From positions 155,992,001 to 156,055,908 of the forward strand of contig NC_042998.1 in assembly GCF_006345805.1 (NCBI RefSeq): a stretch of 63,908 nt of DNA, written 5' to 3'. A program made the translations under genes and the position numbers. This DNA comes from Octopus sinensis. Lineage: Eukaryota. Positions 1 through 12,762 of this stretch are shown here, piece by piece. The notes below the pieces were generated by a model. It searched no databases and was not told the DNA's origin. It worked only from the letters and a program-made list of their open reading frames with translations. Positions within the stretch are counted from its first letter, which is position 1. Every line of letters begins with the position of its first letter.

Positions 1-588
1 ATAACGGAGGAATTCAAGACAGGATGCCCCTGGGAGCTCCTCTATGCTGATGACCTTGCTCTAATTGCTGAGTCACTATCAGAACTGGAGGAGAAGTTTC
101 AGGTGTGGAAGCAAGGATTAGAATCGAAGGGCCTTAGAGTCAACCTAGCTAAAACCAAAGTCCTAATAAGTAGAAAGGTAGACAAATCACAAACGCCTTC
201 AGGTAGATGGCCCTGCTCGATCTGTAGAAAAGGCATAAGATGCACCAAGTGTAAGCTATGGACACATAAGAGGTGCAGCAATGTCAAAGGAAGGCTAACT
301 AGGAAAATAGTTTTTGTATGTGGCAGATGCTCAGGAGCAATAAACACTGAAAATGTGCAGAGACCAACTTCCACCACATTCCAGGGAGAAAAACTAGAAA
401 TAGTTGATAGCTTCCGTTACCTAGGTGACCAAGTCAGTAGCGGGTGTGCTGAAAGTGTAACTGCTAGAGTAAGAATAGCCTGGGCAAAGTTCAGAGAGCT
501 CTTACCTCTGCTGGTGACGAAAGGCCTCTCGCTCAGAGTAAAAGGCAGACTGTATGATGCATGTGTACGAACAGCCATGCTACATGGC
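1..588 (+). mobile_element. RTE-clade LINE fragment (RT YADD region plus embedded PHD-type finger), truncated at the window edge
   Basis: Frame from base 1 reads ITEEFKTGCPWELLYADDLALIAES...GLRVNLAKTKVL...CSIC...CTKCKLWTHKRC...CGRC...IVDSFRYLGD. Nearly identical to the minus-strand copies near 3.7-4.3 kb and 11.3-11.9 kb. Confidence 0.9.
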
Positions 589-1019
589 TCCTATCTTTCA
601 GGAAGTCATGTAACCACTCTTCAAGTTTTCCAGCTATGCCAAGGTCATATCATACCATGATCCACCTTGTCCAAAGCTTTTGCAAAATCAAGGTATATTA
701 AGTCCACATTTGATTTATATATATATAAATGTATGTATATTAATGGGTATCTATATACCTAAATTATATATATATGTATGTGTATTTCTACATGCACATA
801 CATATATACTTTTACACATATGCATAATTGGTAAGGAAAGACACATGTATACCTTACGGTACCCTTTAATTCCTCTTAGCAAATTATACATTTGTCCAAT
901 AACTATTAATATTCATGAATTATGTATCAACACACAAACACACACACATACTTACAATATCTTTGTGAGTGTGTGTGTATGCAGTAAATATATATATATA
1001 TATATATGTACCTTTATTG

Positions 1020-1275
1020 GTTTTTGTATTTATATTCGTGTGGCATCGTCCGTTTTTCTGTCCTTGTTTCGTATACATTCAATCCTTTTTCCAGAAATCT
1101 AATGCTCGTAGCTTGGTTTTCCCTTGGGGCTGGCCGGATCGGAGCGATCTCAAGATTAATCAGCCAAAATTGCGCGGATGATCCGGTTCTTGACTGAAGA
1201 TTGAAGGCTTCGAATGTCCTGTCCGTGTTTTTTGTATCGTCTTCTAAATGTTTTGCGTTCTTGTCCCAGTTTGTA
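1020..1275 (+). mobile_element. Possible Penelope-like terminal remnant with a decayed hammerhead-like motif (about 1195-1232)
   Basis: gaCTGAAGAttGAAGgCTTCgaatgtc has a CUGANGA core and a GAAG/CTTC stem, but GAAA is incomplete and stem I does not pair. Confidence 0.25.
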
Positions 1276-1304
1276 TTTTTTTACATATACATATATATAT
1301 ATAT

Positions 1305-2014
1305 ATAATATAATGAAATTATTGTATACAGTGCTCAGGCTCAGGTGCACCACAACTTGTCAAAAGTGCATAAAAAGCATATGCAGTAATGTACTATTGT
1401 CTGGAAAGTGAACAGTGTATGAGTCAGATACATTCTTGCATGTGTATGGAGGGGAGAAAATCAGGTGTAGTGTTGGCAAATCTCAGGAAGCATGGAAGTT
1501 TTGAAGGATGCAGTGCTCCGACAACTAACAACTGATGCCGGCAGTTTGTTCCATACTTCAGCAACTCTTAGTTTGAAAAAATGTTTCCGAAAGTCATGGG
1601 AGCTGTGCTGTTTTCTGACTTTGTAAACATGTCCACAGGTGTAAGACAGGTGGAGTTTGAAAAGGTGCTCAGAGTTATTGTTTGTAAGATGGTTAATAAT
1701 TTTATGGGTGTCTGCCAAGTCAGCTGCCAGATGTCGGAGTTTTCAATGTATCCATGCATAGGGAAGTAAGGCATTCAGAATATGGCAAATGCCTGATGGA
1801 GGGTATTCTCTTGGTTGCACATTGCTGAACGGTTTCCAGATTATTAATATCCTGGGCAAGATAGGGGTTCCAGACCGGTGATGCAAATTCCAGGTGAGGT
1901 CGCACCATAGCTATATAAAGCTGCAGATAGATAGCCGGAGAGCGGCTCACAAAGGACTTGGTGAGTGATGCCAAGACACCCTCAGCCTTCTTGGCAATTT
2001 TGGCAATGTGTTTT
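1305..2014 (-). mobile_element. CR1-type LINE 3' fragment
   Basis: Reverse complement of the 3' end of the CR1 at 60.2-63.8 kb. ORFs read ...AMVRPHLEFASPVWNPY... and ...FFKLRVAEVWNKLP..., followed by the same 3' UTR. Confidence 0.9.
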
Positions 2015-2015
2015 G

Positions 2016-2070
<55 letters not shown>

Positions 2071-2071
<1 letters not shown>

Positions 2072-2198
2072 CCGTAGAAACTCTGCCAGATTCAGACTGG
2101 AGCCTGGAGCGGGCCCTGGCTTCCCAGACCGGTCGAACCGTCCAACCGTGCTAGCGCGGAAAGCGGACGTTAAACGATGATGATGATGATGATGATGA
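2071..2198 (+). mobile_element. RTE 3' terminal fragment with (GAT)n tail
   Basis: ...ccaaccgtgctagcgcggaaagcggacgttaaacgatgatgatg is the reverse complement of the RTE ends at 2695, 10310 and 13323. Confidence 0.75.
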
Positions 2199-2239
2199 TA
2201 TATATATATATATATATAGATATATATAGATATATTATA

Positions 2240-2406
2240 TAGGCGTAGGAGTGGCTGTGTGGTAAATAGCTTGTTTACCAACCACATGGTTCCGGGTTCA
2301 GTACCACAGCGTGGCACCTTGCGTAAGTGTCTTCTACTATAACCTCAGGTGAACCAAAGCCTTGTGAGTGGATTTGGTACATGGAAACTGAAAGAAGCCT
2401 GTCATA

Positions 2407-2450
<44 letters not shown>

Positions 2451-2670
2451 ATATATATATATGTATGGGTGTGTATATGTTTGTGTGTCTGTGTTTGTCC
2501 CCCCAACATTGCTTGACAATTGATGCTGGTGTGTTTATGTCCCTGTAACTTAGCGGTTAAGCAAAAGAGACTGATAGAATAAGTACTAGGCTTACAAAGA
2601 ATAAGCCCTGCTTGTGTAAAGGTGGTGCTCTAGCATGACCACAGTCAAATGACTGAAACAAGTAAAAGAG
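2240..2670 (+). mobile_element. tRNA-derived SINE with internal (TA)n/(TG)n tract (family A)
   Basis: Head ggcgtaggagtggctgtgtggtaa...ggttccgggttcagt has box A/B-like motifs; tail ...gactgaaacaagtaaaagag. Further copies at 6085, 12870, 25190 and 31716. Confidence 0.85.
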
Positions 2671-2694
2671 TATATATGTATAGATGTAGGTATA

Positions 2695-5508
2695 TCATCA
2701 TCATCATCATCATCGTCGTTTAACGTCTGCTTTCCATGCTAGCATGGGTTGGACGAGTTGACTGAGGTCTGGCAAACCACATGGCTGCACCAGACTCCAA
2801 TCTGATCTGGTAGAGTTTATACAGCTGGATGCTCTTCCTAATGCCAACCACTCCGAGAGTGTATTGGGTGCTTTTACGTGCCACCGGCACGAGGGCCAGT
2901 CAGGTGGTACTGGCAATGGCCATGCTCAAATGGTGCTTTTTATGTGCCACCTGCACAATAGCCAGTCCAGCGGCACTGGCAACGACCTCGCTCGAATGTT
3001 TTTTCATGTGACACCAGCACAAGTGCTAGTAGGCGACACAGATAACAATCATGCTCGAATGGTGTTTTTAACGTGCCATCGGCACCGAGGCCAGCTTTTT
3101 GCTCTGGCCCTGATCTCACTCGTATGGTAATCTTAGCGCTCCACTAGCAACGGATACTAGTCTTTGAATTTGATTTGATTTTGATTTCGATTTCACTTTG
3201 CAAGTAGAGTTTGCAAGTAGAGTTTAGTGTCCAATGAAGGAAAGGCATGCATAAGTAGACTGGTTACACCCCTGGCGGAGGCCACAAGGTTACAGTCTCA
3301 CTTGCACTTGCCGAGTCTTCTCAAGCACACTATATTTCCAGAGGATCTTGGTCACTAGTCATTGCCTCAGTGAGGCCCAGTGTTTGAAGGTCATGCTTCA
3401 CCACCTCATCCCAGGTCTTCCTGGGTCTACCTCTTCCTCAGGTTCCCTCAACTGCTAGGGTGTGGCACTTTTTCACACAGCTATTCACATCCATTCTCAC
3501 CACATGACCATACCAGCGCCGTTGTCTCTCTTGCACATCTGATGCTTCTTAGGTCCAAACTTTCTCTCAAGGCACTAACACTCTGTCAAGTATGCACACT
3601 GACATTACACATCCATTGGAGCATGCTGGCTTCATTTTTTGTGAGCTTACGTATGTTCTCAGCAGTCATGGCCCATGTTTCATTGTGATGTAGCATGACT
3701 GTTCGTACACATGCGTCATACTGTCTACCTTTTATACTGAGCGAGAGGCCCATTGTGACCAGCAGAGGTAAGAACTCTCTGAACTTAGCCCAGGCTATTC
3801 TTATTCTAGCAGCTACACTTTCAGCGCACCCTCCCCTACTACTGACTTGGTCACCTAGGTAACGGAAGCTATCAACTACTACTTGTTTTTCTCCCTGGAA
3901 TGTGGTGGAAGTTGGTCTCTGCGCATTTTCAGTGTTTATTGATCCTGAGCATCTGCCACATACAAAAACTATTTTCCTAGTTAGCCTTCCTTTGATATTA
4001 CTGCACCTCTTATGTGTCCATAGCTTACACTGGGTACATCTTATAGAGTTTCTACCTACACCTCTACTACAGATCGAGCAGGGCTATCTACTCGAAGGGA
4101 TTTGTGGTTTGCCTGCCTTCCTACTTATTAGGACTTTGGTTTTAGCTAGGTTGACTCTAAGGCCCTTTGATTCTAATCCTTGTTTCCATACTTGAAACTT
4201 CTCCTCTAGTTCTGATAGGGACTCAGCAATTAGAGCAAGGTCATCAGCATAGAGGAGCTCCCAAGGAAATCCTCCGTTATTGCCTGGAGGATTATGGTAA
4301 AGAATAGGGGGCTGAGGACTGAACCTTGGTAGACCCCTACCTCTACCCTGAATTCTTCACTGTACTCATTGCCAACCCTCACCTTACTGACAGGGCCCCT
4401 GTATATGGCTTGCTTGACTTTCACTAACCATTCATCTATCCCTAGTTTCGTCATTGACCACCAGATAAGGGTCAACAAAAGCTAGCTGCAGGGGCTTATC
4501 TTTGGCTAGGTATTTCTCCTGCAACTGTCTCACCAGAAATGTAGCATCAGTGGTGCTTTTCCCTGGCACTCATCTAAACTGACTCTCTCCCTAATTAGTT
4601 GGGCTATGACCCTCTCCGTGATCTTCATTATCTGATCCAACAGCTTGATACGTCAGTAATTATTTGTATTTAAAGCGTCACCTTTACCTCTGTAGCAGTT
4701 GACTATTATGTTGCTACACCAGTCATTGGGAATGACTCTTTCGTGTATCATCTGGTTAACTATACGCGTGACCAGACTATAGCTGACACTGCCAGATATT
4801 TTGAGCATCTCTGCAGTAACTCCTGATGGGCCGGGGTCTTTTCCTGTCTTCATACTTATAATTGCTTTATTTACCAGGGTCCTGTCCCTCTGTTGAGTCA
4901 ACATTCGGCAGACTCTCTTTCTCCCATTCATTTTCTTTATTTAGCAACCTTTCATAGTGGCATCTCCAAACCTCTCTCTTTGCAGCCCCATTTAGCGTAA
5001 GAGAACCATCATCCATGCTGACACATTTCTCTCCAACCACATCACGATTCTCTCTCACACACTGTCTTGCAACACAAAATACCTCAAGTCTTTGATCCAC
5101 ACAGCGCAGAACATTGGCAAATTTTTTCCTTATCTGCTTCCCCTCTGGCTAAATAAACCTGTCTCCTAGCTTCTCGTCTGGCAGTCTGATACAATTCCCT
5201 GCTACCACCGTTCTTCCAGTCCTTCGAAGCTTGTCTCTTTTTTCTCATAGCCCTGTCTACAACATTGTTCCACCACCACGTTTTTTTGGGTCGAGAAGGG
5301 ACTTTGTACGATCCACAGATCTGGTCAGTGGCTCTCAGTAGGTTGTCCCATAGAAACCTCCAGCTGTCTTCTACACCATGTGAAGCTATATCCCCTTCTA
5401 TTTCGTCAAAGGCTTCGAGTAATATGTCTCTAAATCTCTGTCCATTTGCAGGATCTTTAAGCTTCCAGACCCCCTTCTTCTCCATCTTGGTCATCTTCTG
5501 GGCATCCA
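2695..5508 (-). mobile_element. RTE-clade LINE, 5'-truncated and degenerate (PHD-bearing family)
   Basis: Minus-strand ORF pieces MKTGKDPGPSG..., GVYQGSVLSPLFF and the PHD region; 3' UTR with tandem hairpin units; (GAT)n tail at 2695-2716. Several frameshifts and deletions. Confidence 0.9.
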
Positions 5509-5578
5509 ACACACACACACACACACATATATATATATGCATAGATATATGTACAGATGTATGTATGTATATATATGC

Positions 5579-5912
5579 TGAGACTCCCTTTGGTCATGAC
5601 TGACCGCAGGATTGCACCTTGAAAGATACCCTCCTAGGTGCAAGTTCGGGCAAGTTTATTTATGGAAGACCAGCAGCTGCCCATGCATACCGGCCCCCAC
5701 TCTTCAAACCACCAGTGTTATCCAAAAGAAAGGCAATGGCTGATACAGCTTGGCACCTGTGACTTCGCAATTCATTTCTACAGCTGAATGAATTGGAGCA
5801 ATGTGAAATAAAGTGTTTGCTCAAGAACATAACATGCATCTTGGTCTGAGATTCAAACTCACAACCTCACGACCGTACGCTCAACGCTCTAACCACTGAG
5901 ACATGTGCCTTC
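5579..5912 (-). mobile_element. tRNA-derived SINE (family B)
   Basis: Minus strand begins ggcacatgtctcagtggttagagcgttgagc...gtgagtttgaatctc (box A/B), followed by ttcttgagcaaacactttatttcacattgctcc. Confidence 0.7.
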
Positions 5913-5916
5913 ACAA

Positions 5917-5947
<31 letters not shown>

Positions 5948-6084
5948 GTGTGTGTATATATATGTATAGATGTATATATATTAGAAGAAATAAGGTACTC
6001 AGAAATCTGGATGGTTTTATATTTACAGATTTTTATTAATATGTCACATGTTTTTATAAATCATATGTTAGCAATATATATATG

Positions 6085-6247
6085 ACAGGCTTCTTTCAGT
6101 TTCCGTCTACCAAATCCACTCACAAGGCATTGGTCGGCCCAGGGCTATAGCAGAAGACACTTGCCCAAGGTGCCACACAGTGGGATTGAACCTGGAACCA
6201 TGTGGTTGGTTAGCAAGCTACTTACCACACAGCCACTCCCGCGCCTA
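6085..6247 (-). mobile_element. SINE family A, 5' half
   Basis: Reverse complement of the 2240 head, ending at the internal microsatellite. Confidence 0.8.
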
Positions 6248-6279
6248 CATGTATATGTATGTATGTATATATACACCTC

Positions 6280-6319
<40 letters not shown>

Positions 6320-6760
6320 TAGAACCACCCAGCGAACTTCCACCATGGGTCATCACAATTGCTTAAGGTAAAAATGAATTCCTCGCTCTTTCGGAAACAT
6401 CAATCTTCTGTATTGACCGCTTTCCACCACTTTGATCTGTTTTTTGTATTGAATACGTATCGCCACCGTGGGCCACTGCATCGAACACTTTGAACATATA
6501 CTTCAAACTATATATCAACTATACATGAACTATATATCAACTATACATGAACTCTAAGATGTCTGACTCCGTTGTGTATTATAAATGAATTTCTTGTGTT
6601 AGATGGCATGAGCTGTCTTTTTTTATATATAACTTTTTTTGATAAGGTTCATTTCAGGAACTGAAACATGTTATAATGTATATATAAAAATTAAAAATTG
6701 TATAATACAGCAGCATTTTCGAACTTCATTTTTTACAAATATATATATATATATATATAT

Positions 6761-6981
6761 AATGTGAAGTATATTTGCCATCAAAATATTGCTAACCACT
6801 AAGGATAGATGTTAGTGTAGCTTGTAGCCCCAGGAGAACTTCTTCTCCAGCTGGCTATTGACATACTTTTTGTGCCCTATCGGCATTTGCAAAGGGAGGT
6901 CATCCTTCCCTCGTCAACCTAAGTGATATGCACAGACTGCAGTTTCTGGGTATTGACCAGTCATCAGTGCATGACAATCAC
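6761..6981 (-). mobile_element. Penelope-like (PLE) pseudo-LTR remnant, left arm, containing a hammerhead
   Basis: 6761-6919 is an inverted repeat of 8719-8876. HHR motif at 6928-6972. Similar layout to the remnant at 45790-45987. No PLE RT is present, so the PLE call rests on the HHR and inverted-arm architecture. Confidence 0.6.
6928..6972 (-). ncRNA. Minimal type-I hammerhead ribozyme motif
   Basis: Minus strand atgca CTGATGA c TGG tcaatac CCA GAAA CTGCAGT C tgtgcat. Core boxes intact, palindromic stem III (ACTGCAGT), GUC cleavage triplet. Confidence 0.7.
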
Positions 6982-8592
6982 CTTTCTCCTTATTATAGGC
7001 ACAATGGCCTGAATGCAGAGGTGACATAACAAAACAATACAGGACATGGGGTACATATAATAAAAATACAAAAAGGATGATATGAAATGAAATGAAATAT
7101 TAACAATGAATTAAATGAAATGGCTTACCAGCCCCCCAAAGCTTGCAGTTTCATATACAATTACAGTTATACTATCTGGGGTGTTCGTCCGTAATGTAAA
7201 CTAGTAATTCATCTTGCTCTATAACTCTGGGCAAACTGTCATATCGAACGTAATGCACTATGGTTACAGCTGTATCTGAAAATAAATTTTAAAATTTATT
7301 TACCGTCTCTTTTTCCACTATTGCAGCCTTTATTTGGTTATCGTATATTCTCAGGTTCAATTTCATTCTCGTTAGATTTTTTGTTATTGTTAATTTTTTC
7401 TCAATTTCTTTATCTTTTGTGTACAATATGACAGCTCTGAGATTCTTTCCTTTAGGTCTTCCTCCTTCCTTGCATACTTTCAGACATTCTTCTATTTTTG
7501 CTGACCATTTTTCCCATTCCTCCTACTTTGGACCTCTACTCACTTTAGTTGCTGCATCTCTCTCTTCGTGTGTTCGATCCTCTGTCTCGTCATCATACTT
7601 CTTTTTAGTTTTTTTCTTTTTTTGGTCTTTGGGTGGTGATTCCACCCGTGTTTGCTTTCTATCCTCTTTTTTTTCTGTTCTTTCCTCTTCTTTCTCCTTC
7701 ACTAACTCGTCGTCACTTTCCATATTATCTCCTAAATCCTCTGTCAAAGCTCTTATTGCTTCCTCTAGTGTTATCTTCTTCAATTGTATTTCTCCTTCAG
7801 GACACACATCCTTCATGTGCCCTCTTCTCTTACATTTATAACAAACTGGAGGTCTCCCATCCACCACGACTCTCAGTCGTGTCTCGTCGGGGAACACCAA
7901 CTCCAGGATGTTATACAAATCTGGCATGGTTATGTGGACTAAGGCTTCCACCGCATAACCCCACCAGTTTATTTCATTCGACTTTTCCACCTTAAGTATG
8001 TCCACGTTCTCCTTGCAGTTGTAGATTATTGCAGCTACTATTCTTTTGGTATCAAGTTCTGGTGGGATTTTGCTTATTCATATCCCCACCACTCTTCTTC
8101 CACAATAACTAGGGAGTAAAACCCATTTTTCTGATCTCAACACTCTTGTTGCATTCCTTTTCGCTTCGTCTTCATTTTCGAAGCGAACATCTACCGTAGC
8201 GTATTTCTATTTCTATTGTAGAAGGTAGTTCTTCCTTTTATTTCTTGTAGACATTTTTCAATCTCTTCTACTTCTATTCTTTTTGAGACCACATTCCATG
8301 TTCTGTATGTTATGGTTTTTTCTCTGCTTTTTTCACTTCGTCTTCAGGTGGTGTAACCCTCAGACAGTCTCATTCCTTCTTGAAGCTGTCGTAGTATTTC
8401 CTCAGATTTTCTTTCTCGATAATTATTTCTTTTAACTGTAATTTGTTCACAGCCAGGCTTTTGCCTGCTGCTCCTGCATAAGTTTGGGCTTACATACCCA
8501 ACAAAAAATTCAACAATTTAACATGACAAAACAGTTTTCAACAACAATAATCAACAAAATTCAAATCCGGAAAACCGACACAAACACTTTCA
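6982..8592 (-). mobile_element. ORF1-only Tx1-like element 'D' (full length, ORF1 disrupted) with 14-bp TSD
   Basis: TSD tgcaYgacaatcac at 6968-6981 and 8593-8606. GT-rich 5' UTR; ATG at 8495 followed directly by TAA, then AQTYAGAAG; CCHC knuckle CYKCKRRGHMKDVC in ORF 7523-8005; family 3' motif at about 6982-7030. No EN or RT sequence. Confidence 0.8.
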
Positions 8593-8593
8593 T

Positions 8594-8876
8594 GCACGAC
8601 AATCACTGGTTTTCGATGGAAGGGTCCCAATGCAAATACATATGTCCTTTTTTCAGTGATTTTTCGTCACTGTTCTTAAAAAAGTGTAAACAAGCAATAG
8701 TAAATCTCTGAACGAGGTATTGATGAGGGAAGGATGACCTCCCTTTGCAAATGCCGATAGGGCACAGAAAGTGTGTCAATAGCCAGCTGGAGAAGATGTT
8801 CTCCTGGGGCTACAAGCTACAGTGAAATCTACCCTTAGTGGTTAGCCATATTTAGATGGCAAATATACTTCACATT
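8594..8876. mobile_element. Remainder of the PLE-like remnant and its inverted right arm
   Basis: Continues the sequence interrupted by element D; 8719-8876 is the reverse complement of 6761-6919. Confidence 0.6.
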
Positions 8877-8914
8877 GTCGTGCAGTTACTGTCTATAGCT
8901 CATTCAGAGATTTA

Positions 8915-8916
8915 TT

Positions 8917-8966
<50 letters not shown>

Positions 8967-9527
8967 CATAATATATATACATACATATAAGTATCCATGT
9001 AATATATATGAATATATATGTATGTATATATATGTATATATATATATATGATAATATATGTATATATATGTATGTATATGATATATGTATGTATATGTAT
9101 ATGTATATATGTATGCATATGTATATATATGTATGTATGTATATATATATATATGCATATGTATATATATATGTATGTATATGTATATATGTATGCATAT
9201 GTATGTATATGTATGTATGTTATATACACACCGCAACTATATATATATATATATATTATATATATATATATTATATATATATAATATATAATATATATGT
9301 GTATATATATATATATGTACATATATATGTATGTATGTATATATGTATAATATATATGTATATATATATATGTATGTATATATATATGTATATGGTATAT
9401 ATATATATACGTATGTATATATATATATATGTATATGTCTTTTCCTGGCTGATATATATATTATTATATATATATATATTATATATATATATATATATTA
9501 TATATATATATATATTATATATATATT
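8915..9527. repeat. (TA)n/(TATG)n compound microsatellite
   Basis: Direct inspection. Confidence 0.95.
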
Positions 9528-9530
9528 ATC

Positions 9531-10221
9531 AGCCAGGAAAAGACCAAAGTGCTACATATCAACAACAAGAAGGAAGAGCCAATCACAATCGAGGAGGCAC
9601 CTGTGGAGGACATTAATAAATTTGTCTATCTTGGTAGCAAGATCAGCAAATCAGGTGGATCAAACGAGGACATCATGGCAAGTAGCAAGAAGGCTTGGCA
9701 GCCCTTCGCTATTCTTCAGCCAGTATGGAAGTCCACTGCCATCTCATCTTGAACTAAACTCCGCTTATTTAATTCAAACATAAAATCTGTGCTTTTGTAT
9801 GGCTCTGAAACATGGAGAGCCACCTGCAGCAACTACAAGAAGATCCAGACCTTCATCGACAAATGTCTCTGGCAGATCCTCCATCTGAAGTGGTTCAACA
9901 GAGTGCCAAACACCAACCTGTGGGAAAGGGCCAACCAAGAGCACATACATGTTCAGATTAGACAAAGGAAATGGAGATGGATTGGACACAGACTGCGGAA
10001 AGAACCTTCAAATGTGACATGACGAGCACTTGACTCGAACCCGCAGGGGAAAAGGAAGCGTGAACGCCCGAAGCAGACATGGAAGCAGAGTATTTTGGAT
10101 GAGCTCAGGACCACCTGCCTGACATGGGAAGCAGCCAAGAATCATGCCAATGAGCGCAAAAAGTGGAAAACAACTGTTGAGGCCCTATGCTCCACAAGAG
10201 GTAAAAAGGACCAAGAAGAAG
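9531..10221 (+). mobile_element. RTE LINE 3' fragment of a second family without the PHD insertion
   Basis: [33 protein letters not shown]...LLYGSETW...RWRWIGH, ending ...ccctatgctccacaagagg...gaagaagaa. Confidence 0.85.
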
Positions 10222-10229
10222 AATATATA

Positions 10230-10308
<79 letters not shown>

Positions 10309-10309
10309 T

Positions 10310-12062
10310 TCATCATCATCATCATCATCGTCGTTTAACGTCCACTTTACATGCTAGCATGGGTTGGACGATTTGACTGAGGTCTGGCGAACCAGATGGC
10401 TGCACCAGACTCCAATCTGATCTGGCAGAGTTTCTACTTCTGGATGCCCTTCCTAATGCCAACCACTCTGAGAGTATATGGGGTACTTTTACGTGCCACT
10501 GGCACGATGGCCAGTTAGGTGGTGCTGGCAACGACTATGCTCAAATGGTGCTTTTTATGTGCCACCTGCACAGGAGCCAGTCCAGCAGTACTAGCAACGA
10601 CCCCGCTTGAGTGTTTTTTTCCCGTGCCACCAGCACAAGTGCTAGTAAGGCAACACAGGTAACAATCATGCTCGAAAGGTGCTTTTAATGTGCCATCGGC
10701 ACCGAGGCCAGCTTGTTGCTCTGGCCCCAATCTCACTCGGATGGTACTCTTAGCGCTCCACTAGCAATGGATGCCAATCACCGAGTTTGATTTCGATTTC
10801 GATTTCACTTGCTCAACAGGTCTTCGCAAGCAGAGTTTAGTGTCCACTGAAGGAAAGGCATGTATAAGTGGACTGGTCACACCCCAGGCATAGGCCACAT
10901 GGTTGTGGTCTCACTTGCGCTTATTTCCTGGTCACTAGTCATTGCCTCATTGAGGCCCATGCTTCACCACCTCATCCCAGGTCTTCCTGGGTCTACCTCT
11001 TCCACAGGTTCCCTAAACTGCTAGTGTGTGGTACTTTTTCACACAGCTATCCACATCCATTCTCACCACATGACCATACAAGTGCAGTCGTTTCTCTTGC
11101 ACACCACATCTGATGCTTCTTAGGTCCAACCTTTTTCTCAAGGCACTGACACTGTCGAGTATGCACACTGACATTACACATCCATCGGAGCATGCTGGCT
11201 TCATTCTTTGCGAGCTTACGCATGTCCTCAGCAGTCACGACCCATGTTTCACTGTCATGTAGCATGGCTGCTCATACACATGCATCATACAGTCTACCTT
11301 TTACTCTGAGCAAGAGGCCCTTTGTCACCAGCAGAGGTAAGAGCCCTCTGAACTTAGCCCAGGCTATTCTTATTCTAGCAGCTACACTTTCAGTGCACCC
11401 TCCCCCGCTACTGACTTGGTCACCTAGGTAATGGAAGCTATCAACTATTTCTAGTTTTTCTCCCTGGAATGTGGTAGAAGTTGGTCTCTGCGCATTTTCA
11501 GTGTTTATTGCTCCCGAGCATCTGCCACATACAAAAACTATTTTCCTAGTTAGCCTTCCTTTGACATTGCTATACCTCTTATGTGTCCATAGCTTACACT
11601 TGGTGCATCTAATAGAGTTTCTACCTATGCCTTTTCTACAGATCGAGCTGGGCCATCTACCTGAAGGGAATTGTGGTTTGCCTGCCTTCCTACTTATTAG
11701 GACTTTGGTTTTAGCTAGGTTGACTCTAAGGCCCTTTGATTCTAATCCTTGTTTCCATACTTGAAACTTCTCCTCCAGTTCTGATAGGGACTCAGCAATT
11801 AGAGCAAGGTCATCAGCATTGAGGGGATCCCAGGGGCGTCCTGTCTTAAATTCCTCTGTTATTGCCTGGGGGACTATGATAAATAGGAGGGCGCTGAGGA
11901 CTGAACCTTGGTGGACCCCTACTGCTATCCTGAATTCTTCACTGTACTCGCTGCCAACACTCATCTTACTGACAGCGTCCCTGTACATGGCTTGCACGCC
12001 TCTCACTAACGATTCATCTATCCCTAGTTTCCTCATTGACCACCAGATAAGGGATCAGGGGA
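10310..12062 (-). mobile_element. RTE LINE (PHD-bearing family), 5'-truncated
   Basis: ORF 11272-12036 contains GVHQGSVLS, a degenerate NADD, the PHD-like insert and SFHYLG; 3' UTR units and (GAT)n tail at 10310. Confidence 0.9.
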
Positions 12063-12067
12063 CCCTA

Positions 12068-12121
12068 TGTATATATATATTTTTGTATATATATGTGTAT
12101 ATATGTATATATTTATGTACT

Positions 12122-12158
<37 letters not shown>

Positions 12159-12241
12159 GTAGATATTATATATATATATAATATATATAGATATATCGGT
12201 ATATATATATATATAGGATATAGTATATGCTATATATCTCG

Positions 12242-12278
<37 letters not shown>

Positions 12279-12659
12279 TATTATATAGAATATACTATAT
12301 ATATATCTGTATATATATATATATATATAGATATATATATATCTGTATATGTATATATATATATATATATATATTATATAGATATAGGTATATATATAAT
12401 ATATATATATATATAGATACATATATATATATCTGTATATATAGATTATATATATCTATATATATATAATATATATATAATATCTGTATATATATAATAA
12501 AGATATAGATATATATATATATATCTGTTATATATATATATATATCTGTATATATATATATAGATATACATATATATATATATATATAGATTCTATATAT
12601 ATATATATATCATATATATATATATATATATATTATATATAGATATATATATATATATA

Positions 12660-12710
<51 letters not shown>

Positions 12711-12762
12711 TATAATATATTCTATATATATAATGTATATATATATACGTATATATATATAT
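12068..12762. repeat. (TA)n-rich compound microsatellite
   Basis: Direct inspection. Confidence 0.95.

Noticed and set aside
2240-2320. tRNA genes
   Set aside because: The box A/B motifs are SINE heads; no cloverleaf can be formed.
6761-8876. Reading the 160-bp inverted arms as DNA-transposon TIRs
   Set aside because: No TSD or transposase, and the adjacent hammerhead favours a PLE inverted pLTR. Not fully excluded.
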